From positions 10,940-74,939 of the forward strand of contig JBKBNU010000002.1 of NCBI GenBank assembly GCA_046294845.1: 64,000 nt of DNA, given 5' to 3'. A model generated the notes under the pieces. It was not told the origin of the DNA. It did not search any database and saw only the letters and a list, made by a program, of their open reading frames with translations. The DNA is from Micavibrio sp. (GTDB lineage: Bacteria; Pseudomonadota; Alphaproteobacteria; Micavibrionales; Micavibrionaceae). Positions within the stretch are counted from its first letter, which is position 1; each line of letters starts with the position of its first letter. Below, piece by piece: positions 13,892-23,917 of the stretch. The translations under genes and the position numbers were made by a program.

Positions 13892-15663
13892 TGACGCAAG
13901 CAGCAAAATTTGAAGAAATAGCAAACGATAATCCGATTATTCCTGCTCCGACCGCAATCGAAACCTTCCGGGATTCAGGTTATAAAAGCACAGCCGCAGC
14001 CTTGGCCGAGCTGATCGACAATTCGATTGAAGCCGAGGCCCGCACCATACAGGTATTAACCTTTGAAGAGCCAGTCACCCTGGCTCGCCGAACAGTACAG
14101 CGGATCAGCAAAATTGCAGTCTATGACGACGGCAAAGGCATGGATCCCTACACTCTTATGGGTGCCCTGCAATTCGGTATGGGAACACGCCTACAAAGCA
14201 GAAAGGGGATAGGCCGGTTCGGGATAGGCCTGCCTAACGCCTCTGTCAGCCAATGCCAGCATGTAGAAGTATATTCTTGGCAAGGCGGCAAATGTTATAA
14301 GACATACCTTAATTTAGATGAAGTCCGAAAAAACAAACAGCAAAACTCAAATCCGGTAGTTGCTTGTAACCTACCCATGGAAATCCTTAGTGAAATTGAG
14401 GGAAAACTTGATGAGGATTCCGGTACTCTTATTGTCTGGAGCGAGTGTGATCGTCTAGATATTAACAGATCAACCACGCTTTACAATAACATGGAAAGGG
14501 ATTTGTGCCGGATATATAGGCATTTCCTTGATAACGATAACAACTATGGCAATAAAGTTGATGTGAAGCTGATAGTAACTGGCAAAGAACGCCATGTCAT
14601 GAAACTCATGGCAAACGATCCTATTTATCTTTTGACGCCTAATAATACGCCGGGCTACGAAAACCAGAATACTAATATTTCTCATGGTGATGTTATCAAG
14701 ATTCCGGTTCCCTATGACGACAAGGGCAACACTTCAATTGTAGAAATGCGCTTTACTGTTGCTCTCCCTGAAATTCAAGCCTTAGGTGGTAACTCTAAAG
14801 TAGGTCAGCATTACAAACGCAACACGGGAATTTCTTTTGTACGAGCCTGCCGTGAAATTGATTTCGGCGACTTCGGATTTTTCAATCCTCAAGATGAGCG
14901 TCAGCGTTGGTGGGGCTGCGAAGTTCGCTTTGAACCCGTCCTTGACGAACTTTTTGGTGTGACCAACAACAAGCAGTCTGTCCGAGGCGTCCGGTATATT
15001 AATATTGATGAATTTAAAAGAGAGCACGGATCCTACTGGGAAGAAGAACTCAAAGAAAACCCTAAGCTGCAACTGCTTTACGAGCTTAGCAGACATTTTC
15101 ATAGCAATCACAAAACCATCAAAGATGGCACTATCGACAAGCGGAACGAGGGTGCCAGAAGTAGCGGAGATATAGAGTTTGAAGAAAAATCTACGAAAGT
15201 TGCTAATGACCTGCTCAAAAATTCTAAGGAAGAAACAAAATCTCACATTGTTGGACAGGAAAAATCCTCAGAAGAAAAACTAAAGGAATGGAAGGATAGC
15301 CTGGAAGGCAAAGAACCTAATTTAACTGAAGAGGAATTAGGCACATTAGCTGAGCAAAAATCTTCACTTATAATCGATTTTGATTTTGATGTATGGCCTG
15401 GTGAGCAGTTCTTTACTGTCGAAACACGCGGAGAAACTCAGGTTATTATCATAAATAAGAAACATTCTTTTTATACGGAACTATACGAGCCTTTATGTAT
15501 GGGTGATGACCCCCGGCTTTCGAATGCCCTAAATCTTATGATGTTGGCGTATGCCCGTGTGGAAGACGAACTGTTCAGTTACGATGACCTGCTGCAAGAA
15601 ATTCGATCTAAATGGGGAAATTACGTTCAAAAATTCCTAAAAGCGCTGAAAGAAGAAGCATAA
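13891..15663 (+). CDS. GHKL-superfamily (HATPase_c_3 / MORC-like) ATPase
   Basis: 590 aa. N-box AELIDNSIEAEA, G1 DDGKGM, G2 GRFGIGLPNA. Long charged C-terminal region. Translationally coupled to the helicase. Confidence 0.85.
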   Translation: MTQAAKFEEIANDNPIIPAPTAIETFRDSGYKSTAAALAELIDNSIEAEARTIQVLTFEEPVTLARRTVQRISKIAVYDDGKGMDPYTLMGALQFGMGTRLQSRKGIGRFGIGLPNASVSQCQHVEVYSWQGGKCYKTYLNLDEVRKNKQQNSNPVVACNLPMEILSEIEGKLDEDSGTLIVWSECDRLDINRSTTLYNNMERDLCRIYRHFLDNDNNYGNKVDVKLIVTGKERHVMKLMANDPIYLLTPNNTPGYENQNTNISHGDVIKIPVPYDDKGNTSIVEMRFTVALPEIQALGGNSKVGQHYKRNTGISFVRACREIDFGDFGFFNPQDERQRWWGCEVRFEPVLDELFGVTNNKQSVRGVRYINIDEFKREHGSYWEEELKENPKLQLLYELSRHFHSNHKTIKDGTIDKRNEGARSSGDIEFEEKSTKVANDLLKNSKEETKSHIVGQEKSSEEKLKEWKDSLEGKEPNLTEEELGTLAEQKSSLIIDFDFDVWPGEQFFTVETRGETQVIIINKKHSFYTELYEPLCMGDDPRLSNALNLMMLAYARVEDELFSYDDLLQEIRSKWGNYVQKFLKALKEEA

Positions 15664-15687
15664 ATAGGAACTGAAAGGGTAGGCAGC

Positions 15688-16608
15688 TTGAAGCTGGAAG
15701 AAGAGATACTCGACGGGGACAGGCTGCGTAAAAAGCTTGAATCAACCTTGCCACACGCCAGGGAAAGCATCATTTTTATTTCCGCCTATATAACCCAAAG
15801 CGCCATAGACTGGCTAATAAAATGTACCCCGGATAAAACTGACACGCATATTATTTGCCGTTTGATCCCGTCTGATATTATGACAGGCGCGACACAACTT
15901 TCAGCCGTCAAGACGGCTCTGGACAAGGGTATAAAAGTATCGTGCCTGCACTCTCTTCATGCAAAAATCTATGCCATTGACAGCGAGACAATCTTTGTTG
16001 GTAGCGCCAATCTAACGAATAACGGACTGAAAATATATGGGAACGGTAACCTTGAAGCCTGTAGCCAGGTTCCTGCGAATAACCTGAATTTGAATTTTAT
16101 TCAGAACATTGTAGATTCATCTACGCCACTAGACGCCGAAATTATACAGAGCATGCAGGGCTGTATTGATCTTAAAGAAAATAGTGTTTTTCTCGACCGC
16201 TGGCCCGAAGGCGTCCTGAAGGAACAAGATGGAATATGGGTACGTGATTTTTTCTGGGCCCAGCCCGACATAGAGAAAGACAGTGTGGAGCAGATCCATG
16301 ATTTTGAAGTGCTTGGTATTGAATCGGCCGCAAGCGCCAAGAAAATAACCAAGCAGCAGTTGTTGAGGACAAGGTGCATCAAGTGGCTCATAACCAAACT
16401 AGAAATAGAGCCTGAAAATGAACTTTATTTCGGCAAACTCACAAAAATTCTGCACGACGAATTAAAAGACGATCCCGCGCCTTACAGAAAAGACGTAAAA
16501 AGCCTGGTGCAAAACCTTCTGACCTACTGCCAAAAATATTTACCCGATATTATAGAGATTACTCAGCCAAATCACTCCCAAAGGATCAGATTGCTTGTTT
16601 CGGAGTAA
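15688..16608 (+). CDS. Phospholipase D-family (Nuc-like) nuclease with extra C-terminal domain
   Basis: 306 aa with an apparent TTG start. Single HKD motif HAKIYAIDSETIFVGSANLTNNG. The C-terminal ~150 aa are unassigned. Confidence 0.78.
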   Translation: MKLEEEILDGDRLRKKLESTLPHARESIIFISAYITQSAIDWLIKCTPDKTDTHIICRLIPSDIMTGATQLSAVKTALDKGIKVSCLHSLHAKIYAIDSETIFVGSANLTNNGLKIYGNGNLEACSQVPANNLNLNFIQNIVDSSTPLDAEIIQSMQGCIDLKENSVFLDRWPEGVLKEQDGIWVRDFFWAQPDIEKDSVEQIHDFEVLGIESAASAKKITKQQLLRTRCIKWLITKLEIEPENELYFGKLTKILHDELKDDPAPYRKDVKSLVQNLLTYCQKYLPDIIEITQPNHSQRIRLLVSE

Positions 16609-16623
16609 CCGACCTGCTAGCGA

Positions 16624-17436
16624 TCAGGAAAAGCGCGTCTGGCAATAATCGACAACTTCTTCTCCGGTTAGCTCCCGCGTGGACGCATCTGTACGTATGA
16701 AAAAGTGATCATTGCCTTTCAGCTTAAGAAACACCCTTTTATCTGATCGCGATGCCACAATGCCGCATACAGTCCGGCCGCCAATGTCTTCAAAATCGAT
16801 CCTGAAATAATTTTCAAGATGATTGAAAATATTCGATGGAAAATAGTCTTTAATAAGATCGACGATCATTCTTCTGTATCCGTCCTGGCACTGATCTTTC
16901 AGCTTGGGAAATTCCTGCTCGATACCGACAATCTCATTTGCCGCACCATCCTTGTTTTCCTGCACGCCAATTATCAGCGTTCCGCCGTTTGTGTTCAGAA
17001 AGCTTGCCAAAATCTTGGCGACAATGACCTTGGATGTTGCACGGCCGTATGCATGAAGCTCTTTTGTTTGCGGCCGATGATTTTGAATGTCTTCATTTGA
17101 ATACGTTACGCTCCACAAGGCGCGGTCTTTAAACTCTACCCTATGATTTTCACCGAAACATATCATATCAGCCAGGCTTAACGGCTGCGATCCTACATTG
17201 TTACTAGAGGAGAGGGCATCCACTGCGGTCGATCCGACTTCACCAATCACCCTTTTGACGCGGCCGATAACGCCGGACTCAAGCTTCACCAAAATGCCGT
17301 GAGGGTGATAGTCTTTCCTAGTCAGAATTTCTGAAATAACGCCCTGGACAAGCTCTTGACCTGCTCTATCGGAGCGAAGACTAACCTCTACCGTCATACC
17401 GGGTTTTAGATTTTGCCCTTTCTCTGCAATCCCCAT
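16624..17436 (-). CDS. YwbE (DUF2196)-AlbA_2 (Schlafen-core-like) fusion protein
   Basis: 270 aa. The N-terminus NLKPGMTVEVSLRSDRAG..HPHGILVKLESGVIGRVKRV closely resembles B. subtilis YwbE. The C-terminus has ENHRVEFKD and LNTNGGTLIIGVQE, typical of AlbA_2. It starts 12 nt after the PAPS-reductase-like gene's stop. Confidence 0.72.
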   Translation of the reverse strand: MGIAEKGQNLKPGMTVEVSLRSDRAGQELVQGVISEILTRKDYHPHGILVKLESGVIGRVKRVIGEVGSTAVDALSSSNNVGSQPLSLADMICFGENHRVEFKDRALWSVTYSNEDIQNHRPQTKELHAYGRATSKVIVAKILASFLNTNGGTLIIGVQENKDGAANEIVGIEQEFPKLKDQCQDGYRRMIVDLIKDYFPSNIFNHLENYFRIDFEDIGGRTVCGIVASRSDKRVFLKLKGNDHFFIRTDASTRELTGEEVVDYCQTRFS

Positions 17437-17448
17437 ATTGTTTGTCCC

Positions 17449-18294
17449 CTATTTATGACACGCAAGGCAGACCTTTGATTTACCGAACAGTTCGTCTATG
17501 TCAATCTGCTCGTCCGGCCGCAGCGGATTTTTTAGTTTCTTCTTCTTAGCCTTTTCTAGCCGAGCTTCATAGTCCTGTTTAATCTGCGCCGTTCTTTCCG
17601 GTTTTGTCAGATCATCCAGAGATTCTCCTTCGGACCATGTGAAGGGAGAGCCACTATCAAGCGCAGTTTTCTCATATCTCTTAGCTTCTTCAAAAGCTTC
17701 CGGATGCTCGTCTTTAAGGCGCACCCATTCTATTTTTTGCTGGAAAAAACAGAAAGTGCAGCCACTTCTGGATCGCCAGTTATAGTATTTTGGTAGGCCC
17801 AAACCCGAAGCTTCTAATAGCCCGATAACACCCTGCTTATCAATGCCGCCCGTTCTAAATGGAAGCACAGTCTTCATGTTCACATGATTACCTTTATAAC
17901 CTTCCCGATATTCTTCATCCGACCGGATAGCAACATAGCTAAAAACCTTTTTGCCAGCTTCCAGTTCAGGCTTGATCCACTCTTCAAAGGGTGAAAGTTT
18001 TAGCTTTCTTGTACACCACCTTGCTTGAGGGGATGGCAAATAATTGCTGTATTGCTTTAGCCAAAAATCAAAATCTCGATCAGGATTAAGACGCAGAATA
18101 GTTTTACCCAAGAAGCCTTCGAGCCGCCCCAGAAATTCGTAAACTTCCGGCAATTCCTTTCCAGTATCTGTGAAAAAATAATCTATATCCAGTTCAGGGT
18201 GATTTTGCCGCATAAAAACAGCTAGAGCAGCGCTGTCACGACCACCAGATAGACCTAATACATGTCTCTCTTCTGCTCTCTCTATAGTCATCAT
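17449..18294 (-). CDS. sspD: PAPS-reductase/PP-loop ATP pyrophosphatase family protein (SspD/DndC-like, short)
   Basis: 281 aa. PP-loop LGLSGGRDSAA, Cys motifs SGCTFCFF and C-terminal CLACHK. Last core member of the Ssp-like operon. Confidence 0.72.
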   Translation of the reverse strand: MMTIERAEERHVLGLSGGRDSAALAVFMRQNHPELDIDYFFTDTGKELPEVYEFLGRLEGFLGKTILRLNPDRDFDFWLKQYSNYLPSPQARWCTRKLKLSPFEEWIKPELEAGKKVFSYVAIRSDEEYREGYKGNHVNMKTVLPFRTGGIDKQGVIGLLEASGLGLPKYYNWRSRSGCTFCFFQQKIEWVRLKDEHPEAFEEAKRYEKTALDSGSPFTWSEGESLDDLTKPERTAQIKQDYEARLEKAKKKKLKNPLRPDEQIDIDELFGKSKVCLACHK

Positions 18295-18295
18295 C

Positions 18296-18937
18296 TTACT
18301 CTCTATTCTTTATTGCGATTGCGTTTACCCAGTTAGACACAGCACCAGCCGTATTTTTCTGGGAATAGGTCCAAATATCTAGAATTTTTATATTAGAGAA
18401 TTTAGACAAGATCTCGCGAAGCTGTTTCTCATTTAAATCTGTATAAAATCTCCCGTCGTTTGCAACACGCTCTAGGTTCCCAAGTTTGAAACATACATAG
18501 ATTGCTCCATTCGGCTTTAAAGCTTTAAGAAGACGTTGGATACAGCTATTCATCTCTTTTTTAGGAACGTGCAGTAAAGAAGCACAAGCCCAAATGCCGT
18601 CATAGATAGGCAGACTTTCAAAATTTTGAAATTTAATGACCTTTGTTTCTAAGCCGGTTAATTGCGAACTAAGTTTGGCCAAACTCTCTGATGCATCAAA
18701 TGCATCTACTTCGTAGCCACGCTTTAAAAAAGCTAAAGTATCGCGCCCTGATCCACTTCCAGCGTCCAATATACGCCCACTTTTAGGGATATTTTTTAGA
18801 AATAGATCGTAAACATCAGTCATATCGATTTTGAGAGTACTCTCATAATAATTTTGAGCGTTACTCTCATAATAATTCTCTGTTTGAGGTAATTTTGTAT
18901 CTACGTTTATATCCATATCGCTTGAGAAGTTTTTCAT
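18296..18937 (-). CDS. Class I SAM-dependent methyltransferase
   Basis: 213 aa. Motif I ILDAGSGSGRDT, post-I DAFDAS, small-molecule-type fold. 4-nt overlap with the upstream gene and a 1-nt gap to the sspD-like gene. Confidence 0.85.
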   Translation of the reverse strand: MKNFSSDMDINVDTKLPQTENYYESNAQNYYESTLKIDMTDVYDLFLKNIPKSGRILDAGSGSGRDTLAFLKRGYEVDAFDASESLAKLSSQLTGLETKVIKFQNFESLPIYDGIWACASLLHVPKKEMNSCIQRLLKALKPNGAIYVCFKLGNLERVANDGRFYTDLNEKQLREILSKFSNIKILDIWTYSQKNTAGAVSNWVNAIAIKNRE

Positions 18938-19440
18938 TTCCTAAATAAATAGCCAAGAATTAAATAGGCAGCTATTGCATCAAACAGATAAAAATATGCG
19001 TCGTTTGAAAAAGGCCAATATTTTAAAAGCGCCACAAAAAAAGAGCACAGACCTGCTATAAACATAAGAAGGCTAAACATCCGTACTACGCTATAATTTT
19101 GAAGCAATGGCATTTTAGGCTTTTTAGGCTTACCAGATGCAAATGTTGCTGGATTGAACGCCTCTATTTTTTCCAAATAGCTCTCGAGAACATCTCTAAC
19201 TCTCAGTAGTGATAAAGAAAATGCTATATTACAGACACCCGCAAAAACCATGAGCATAAATCTTATACCGTCATCAATTTCTTCCGCTACTCCTGCACCG
19301 TACCAAAGCCCACCAGTGATAGTTATAGCAATTATAGGTATATGGTTTATCTGAGATATAAGACTTCTAGCCTGCTCAAAATTATGCTGAAAGCTAAGCT
19401 GTTCACGCAGACCAGGTTCTGGAAGTATGTTGCCGCTCAT
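18934..19440 (-). CDS. Hypothetical 4-TM membrane protein
   Basis: 168 aa with four hydrophobic helices. ATGA-type overlaps on both sides (19437/19440 and 18934/18937) argue that it is translated within the operon. Confidence 0.55.
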   Translation of the reverse strand: MSGNILPEPGLREQLSFQHNFEQARSLISQINHIPIIAITITGGLWYGAGVAEEIDDGIRFMLMVFAGVCNIAFSLSLLRVRDVLESYLEKIEAFNPATFASGKPKKPKMPLLQNYSVVRMFSLLMFIAGLCSFFVALLKYWPFSNDAYFYLFDAIAAYLILGYLFRK

Positions 19441-22400
19441 GCCGTTACCTTTTTCGGAGTGTCTTCTTCAGGTTTTGTGCGTTCAATAATTTCCGCGCCA
19501 ATATTAGCAAGAGCCGCGAGCAGCAACTCAGAGCCTTCTTCAAAATGCCCATTCAAAGCATTTTTAATGCGGCTTTCTATATCCTGAATTTCCTTTTGCG
19601 CCGTGCGTTTGACGGTAAATTCATGCACGTAGGTTTTCGGTTTGCCATCTAGTCCAACCATAAAAGCGACAGCTTGCCGGTAGTCTTCCCGGTTATGAAT
19701 ACGACCGTATGTTTCAGTGTGATTGAATTTATGTGCCAGTTCAGCAATCCGCAGTTTGGCCTTGTTTACATCAAGATCAATCCAGTCCCGCGCTGGCTTT
19801 CCGGCCGCAAGGCTAGCGACTCCCTCTATATCGGGCCTATCGCCTTTATAACTGGTTAAACGGGCCGCAAAAGCATCAAGTGTGAAATCGCCTGAAATCT
19901 GCATAATATTCTTGGCGCGATCATTCAGTTCTTTAAGTCCCTCCACACCATCCTGATCTATCTGCAGTTCGCTGTGCAGCGTGTTACTCAAATCCCGTAA
20001 CATGGCAGGATATGCTCCAACCAACTCCTTCAGGCTTGCCTTGACTTCCTCTATAATAGGCTGCACATCACCTTTATTCAAATTGTCTTCATATTCTTTG
20101 AATAGATGTGGTAAATCATCAAAAAGTACTTTGTTTGGGTCGCTCGCATTTTTAACGAGTTCGCGTAGCCGGATCGTGTTCTTCTTTAAATGTTGGGTTC
20201 GTAGAACCCACGGCGGCAGATTAATAACAGTACCCACCAGACGCCGGGCTATAATCAAAGGCTCTGACGTTTCTGAAAGCTTTTCCTGTTTAGGCTCTAT
20301 TTCGTTCAGAATATCGCACACACCCGCGAGGATCTTCTGCCCCACATCGGAAAAGTTCATTTGCCGCAGGCCAATATCTTTTGGGCTTCTCATCAAGTAG
20401 TCTATGAAAAGATCGTCTATACTAGGGCGATAAACGCCTTCGAGATAGGTCGCATAATCGTGAATCCTAGTCAAAATATAAGCCACGGCAAAGAATGGCA
20501 GCAGCCCCTCCTTGACACCGAAAGGCGGCTTCGACCAGATTTCATACAATTCTGTTAGATCAACAGCCTTATCTTTGCTCTTAAAATATTTGTCGGTTTG
20601 CTTCCAAAGGGGAAGCAGCCGACAGGTATCCTGTTTTGCGGAAGGTTCTTTGAATATTTTGCCGTCATATAATCCGCTCTCAGAAATCAGTGTTTCAAAC
20701 AACCCACCCTCTGCCGGATAGCCCTGAATTCCTAGCCGTTCCTGACCCTGATTCTCGACCATAGCTTTCAGCAGGATTTTTAGGGCAGCATTCGAATTAC
20801 TTGAAGGTTTGATCCGATTTGCCAGCTCGCTATTTACTTTCGGGCTAGCCGAATAAAGCTGATCGGCCTTTTCAGAAGCTAGCGCGTGAAGAGCTTTGAA
20901 GCTAAGCAAAGCTGGTGAGTCACCGTCTATATACCATTTTGCCGAAGACAGGGTTTCCGTCAAACTTTCTTCCAACCGGTTTCGCATCGAGGCAAGACGC
21001 GTGTCCACTTCCCGTCGCGCAACGGTATCCCCCCCCAAAGCAGGATTATTTGTCCTGACCCACTCTAAAGCCTGGACTTCTCTGGCATAACTTCTAATCA
21101 TCCATGAGTTCCCTGCAACACTGACAATCACGGGCCAATTTTTATTTGCCTCTGATACTTTCTTGCACAACCTACCGAGCGATTGTGTCGTATCGGATTC
21201 AGTCCCCAGGACAACCATTAGAAGGCCCATAGCGCCATCCACTGGCTCAAAATTTTCTGCCGTAGTAATTGCTTGTTCTGCAGGCACAAGATCAACATTC
21301 ATCCACCGTAACGCCCCTGTATCGTGATAGTGCCGCTTGGCAACAACAGGCTGGAAGCGGGCCGCCTTTTTCAGGCGGTCAAAATCCAGATCAGGCACAT
21401 GGTCATGAGCCCTTTGAATAGACGCATCTATATCAAAATCACTTCCCTCATAGAGAGAGTATGCTTTTTTGTGTTTCTTGAATAAAACGATTGACCATGC
21501 TTCTAGCTCCGAAAGCGTCTCATCCAAAGCCTGCGCGTTCATATCCGACAGACATTGAAGCAATAGACCTTTTTCAGGAACAAGCCCGGATCGTTCCTGA
21601 AACATGTCCATCATGGCTATAGTCTTAATAACATACTGCGCGTTTAGATCACCGCCATTCGCTTCTGCCCGAGCGAGTGCATCAACAGCGAGCGACCAAC
21701 GGTGTCCATCAGGGGACGCCATAATAGAGGGCTCTAGATTTGATCTTAGATAATCCCAAAGCCGGGCTGGGGAGAATAGTTCTTTTGAGCTGGCCTTTGT
21801 ATTTTTCAGGTAGTCTTGAAATCCATTAGGTTCAGAAGAATTTAAAAAACCAAATACGCTGCGTTGGTTCTGCCCAAAACGTCTTCTCGATACCGGTCCG
21901 AGCAGCGCGGCCGTTGCCGGGTGAAGCGGCCAACACATTGTCAAACTTTCTGCTAACACATCAGCATTCACGGGTCGCCAATTTGATATGTGCTTGGCCA
22001 CAGAACGTGCAACTGGCGTTATCTTTTCTGGTTTTTCAGTGGACAGAATGGCGCGGCCGATAATGTCGATCAGCTCTTCCCCAGCCACATTCAGCGGCAT
22101 ATCAACATAGCGTCCCTGAATTTTCGACCATTCATCTCGCATATCCCGGCTCAAACGCCGTGCGTATTCAGCAAAAGCCTGGTGAAGAATACCAAGAACC
22201 ACGATCTTACCCTTGCTTCGAGCCGCGAGTTCCGCAAGCTCCTGAAAGAAATAAATATCGTATTCTCCTTCTGCGGAAGCTTCGAGAAACTTACCCATCT
22301 CATCAATGACGATGAACAAGCCACACTCTTCTTTTGCAGCTACTCTTTTTATATATTCGAAGACACCTTCCTTAGCGCTCGGTTTCCCGACCCCCTTTAT

Positions 22401-22802
22401 AGACTGTACGGCCTCGATCAGCAGTTTTTCGGCAGACCCTTTATGGCCTACAAGCGGTGCGAAGGTCCATCCGGCTTTTCCGGTAACACCAAACGCCTTT
22501 TTAATCGCCTTGGCATCATCATTCTTTAGGTTCTTTTCTATCACCTTACGCAGCTTCTGATCTTTACCAAGCAGGGCGTTCAGGGCGACAACGAGGCTAG
22601 ATTTTCCAGACCCGTAAGGGCCAGTCCATGTAAAAGCGGCTTCGCCGGCATGCTCAAAACCCTTCGCCATGTTCAGCAATACGTCCACAGACGATTGCGG
22701 GCAGATGAAGCTCTCGATTATGTCCTGATCCCCAATATCGGCGTCAATCCGAATTGACCTTTGGAATCGTGAACTGACTTTCACATGATCAACGAGCATC
22801 AT
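19437..22802 (-). CDS. sspC: Large P-loop ATPase (SspC-like; BrxC/DUF499-like architecture)
   Basis: 1121 aa. Walker A TGPYGSGKSS, Walker B LFIVIDEMGKF. Sits between the DUF4007 and PAPS-reductase-like genes, as in Ssp cassettes. Confidence 0.72.
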   Translation of the reverse strand: MMLVDHVKVSSRFQRSIRIDADIGDQDIIESFICPQSSVDVLLNMAKGFEHAGEAAFTWTGPYGSGKSSLVVALNALLGKDQKLRKVIEKNLKNDDAKAIKKAFGVTGKAGWTFAPLVGHKGSAEKLLIEAVQSIKGVGKPSAKEGVFEYIKRVAAKEECGLFIVIDEMGKFLEASAEGEYDIYFFQELAELAARSKGKIVVLGILHQAFAEYARRLSRDMRDEWSKIQGRYVDMPLNVAGEELIDIIGRAILSTEKPEKITPVARSVAKHISNWRPVNADVLAESLTMCWPLHPATAALLGPVSRRRFGQNQRSVFGFLNSSEPNGFQDYLKNTKASSKELFSPARLWDYLRSNLEPSIMASPDGHRWSLAVDALARAEANGGDLNAQYVIKTIAMMDMFQERSGLVPEKGLLLQCLSDMNAQALDETLSELEAWSIVLFKKHKKAYSLYEGSDFDIDASIQRAHDHVPDLDFDRLKKAARFQPVVAKRHYHDTGALRWMNVDLVPAEQAITTAENFEPVDGAMGLLMVVLGTESDTTQSLGRLCKKVSEANKNWPVIVSVAGNSWMIRSYAREVQALEWVRTNNPALGGDTVARREVDTRLASMRNRLEESLTETLSSAKWYIDGDSPALLSFKALHALASEKADQLYSASPKVNSELANRIKPSSNSNAALKILLKAMVENQGQERLGIQGYPAEGGLFETLISESGLYDGKIFKEPSAKQDTCRLLPLWKQTDKYFKSKDKAVDLTELYEIWSKPPFGVKEGLLPFFAVAYILTRIHDYATYLEGVYRPSIDDLFIDYLMRSPKDIGLRQMNFSDVGQKILAGVCDILNEIEPKQEKLSETSEPLIIARRLVGTVINLPPWVLRTQHLKKNTIRLRELVKNASDPNKVLFDDLPHLFKEYEDNLNKGDVQPIIEEVKASLKELVGAYPAMLRDLSNTLHSELQIDQDGVEGLKELNDRAKNIMQISGDFTLDAFAARLTSYKGDRPDIEGVASLAAGKPARDWIDLDVNKAKLRIAELAHKFNHTETYGRIHNREDYRQAVAFMVGLDGKPKTYVHEFTVKRTAQKEIQDIESRIKNALNGHFEEGSELLLAALANIGAEIIERTKPEEDTPKKVTA

Positions 22803-22805
22803 TTT

Positions 22806-23774
22806 TTAGGCCGCCTTTTTATATGTGTTTTTTTCATAGTCGCTTTTTAAGAATGCAAGCTCGTCAATTTTATCAAGGGACTTATTTGCAATTACCTGCC
22901 TTAGACCTGCTGTTTCAGACCAAGTAAGAAGGCCCTTTGAAATTTTTTCGATCCCATATAACCGGCCAGCCACAGCGTCTTCATCAAGACAGAAGACACG
23001 ACCAGGGGAGCAAGGTTCATATGCCACTGTTTCTAGTGAAAGGGTGCGCGAACTGCCCGTATAACGCTTCCAGAAATCCATGAGGGCGTATAAAAACACA
23101 CCCGATCCCAAGGACGGCTGCGTGCCACGCTTGATCTGAAATATATCGTTTTTATTGACGGGCTGAATCAGACCCAATTCTGCAAGCGGGCTTTCAATCT
23201 GATCTTCGGTGAAATCATCCAATTTTGACGGCTTGTTTACATAGGTTCTCACGAGGCACTCTACGTCCCGTTTCAGCGTTGCGGCAGAGGATGCTTTCCA
23301 TGAAAGGTTTTCGCATAGGTTCAATAGGTGCTGCGTGACCGTGCCGCGATCAAACTGATTATTATTGAAGTGGCTGAAAAGCCATATGTAGCTAGCTTTT
23401 GCAGAAAACGAAGCGAGGTTCCAATGAATAGCCCATATCGAAGATACGTTTTCCATCCACGGATCAAGCCCCTCATCCGATAATAGAAGCTTTGCAAAAT
23501 CAGTTGTAAAAATACCCTTGTCGCCATCCGCTTCGATGATATGGCAGGAATCGGCCCAATGTCGCATCGAGGCAACCATGTTCTTACCGACACCGAAACG
23601 GGCTATTGCGTCATCACTCAGAAACAGGTCCTTGGCAGCACTTTCCTTGCCCTGAAGCTCCAATTCATAAACGGCATCAAAGACCTTTTTCAGCCACCCG
23701 TAACGTAGAGGGAAAGTTTCATGCCCTGAAAATTGAGGACGAAAATTGTTTTCATATAGTAAACCACGGTTCAT
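22806..23774 (-). CDS. sspB: DUF4007-family protein (SspB-like phosphorothioation-system nickase)
   Basis: 322 aa. N-terminal FSGHETFPLRYGWLKK matches my memory of DUF4007. First gene of the minus-strand operon, divergent from the cysteine desulfurase. Confidence 0.7.
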   Translation of the reverse strand: MNRGLLYENNFRPQFSGHETFPLRYGWLKKVFDAVYELELQGKESAAKDLFLSDDAIARFGVGKNMVASMRHWADSCHIIEADGDKGIFTTDFAKLLLSDEGLDPWMENVSSIWAIHWNLASFSAKASYIWLFSHFNNNQFDRGTVTQHLLNLCENLSWKASSAATLKRDVECLVRTYVNKPSKLDDFTEDQIESPLAELGLIQPVNKNDIFQIKRGTQPSLGSGVFLYALMDFWKRYTGSSRTLSLETVAYEPCSPGRVFCLDEDAVAGRLYGIEKISKGLLTWSETAGLRQVIANKSLDKIDELAFLKSDYEKNTYKKAA

Positions 23775-23917
23775 GTGATACCTTCTTGCTGGAGAGCAGT
23801 TCCAGTACGAGGCTACAATTTGAAATTGGCAAGGTCAAGCTGGAAGAGGTCTCCAGTTTTTGATACTCTTGGCAACAACAACTCAGAGAATATCGCAAAT
23901 TATATAACTATATTAGT

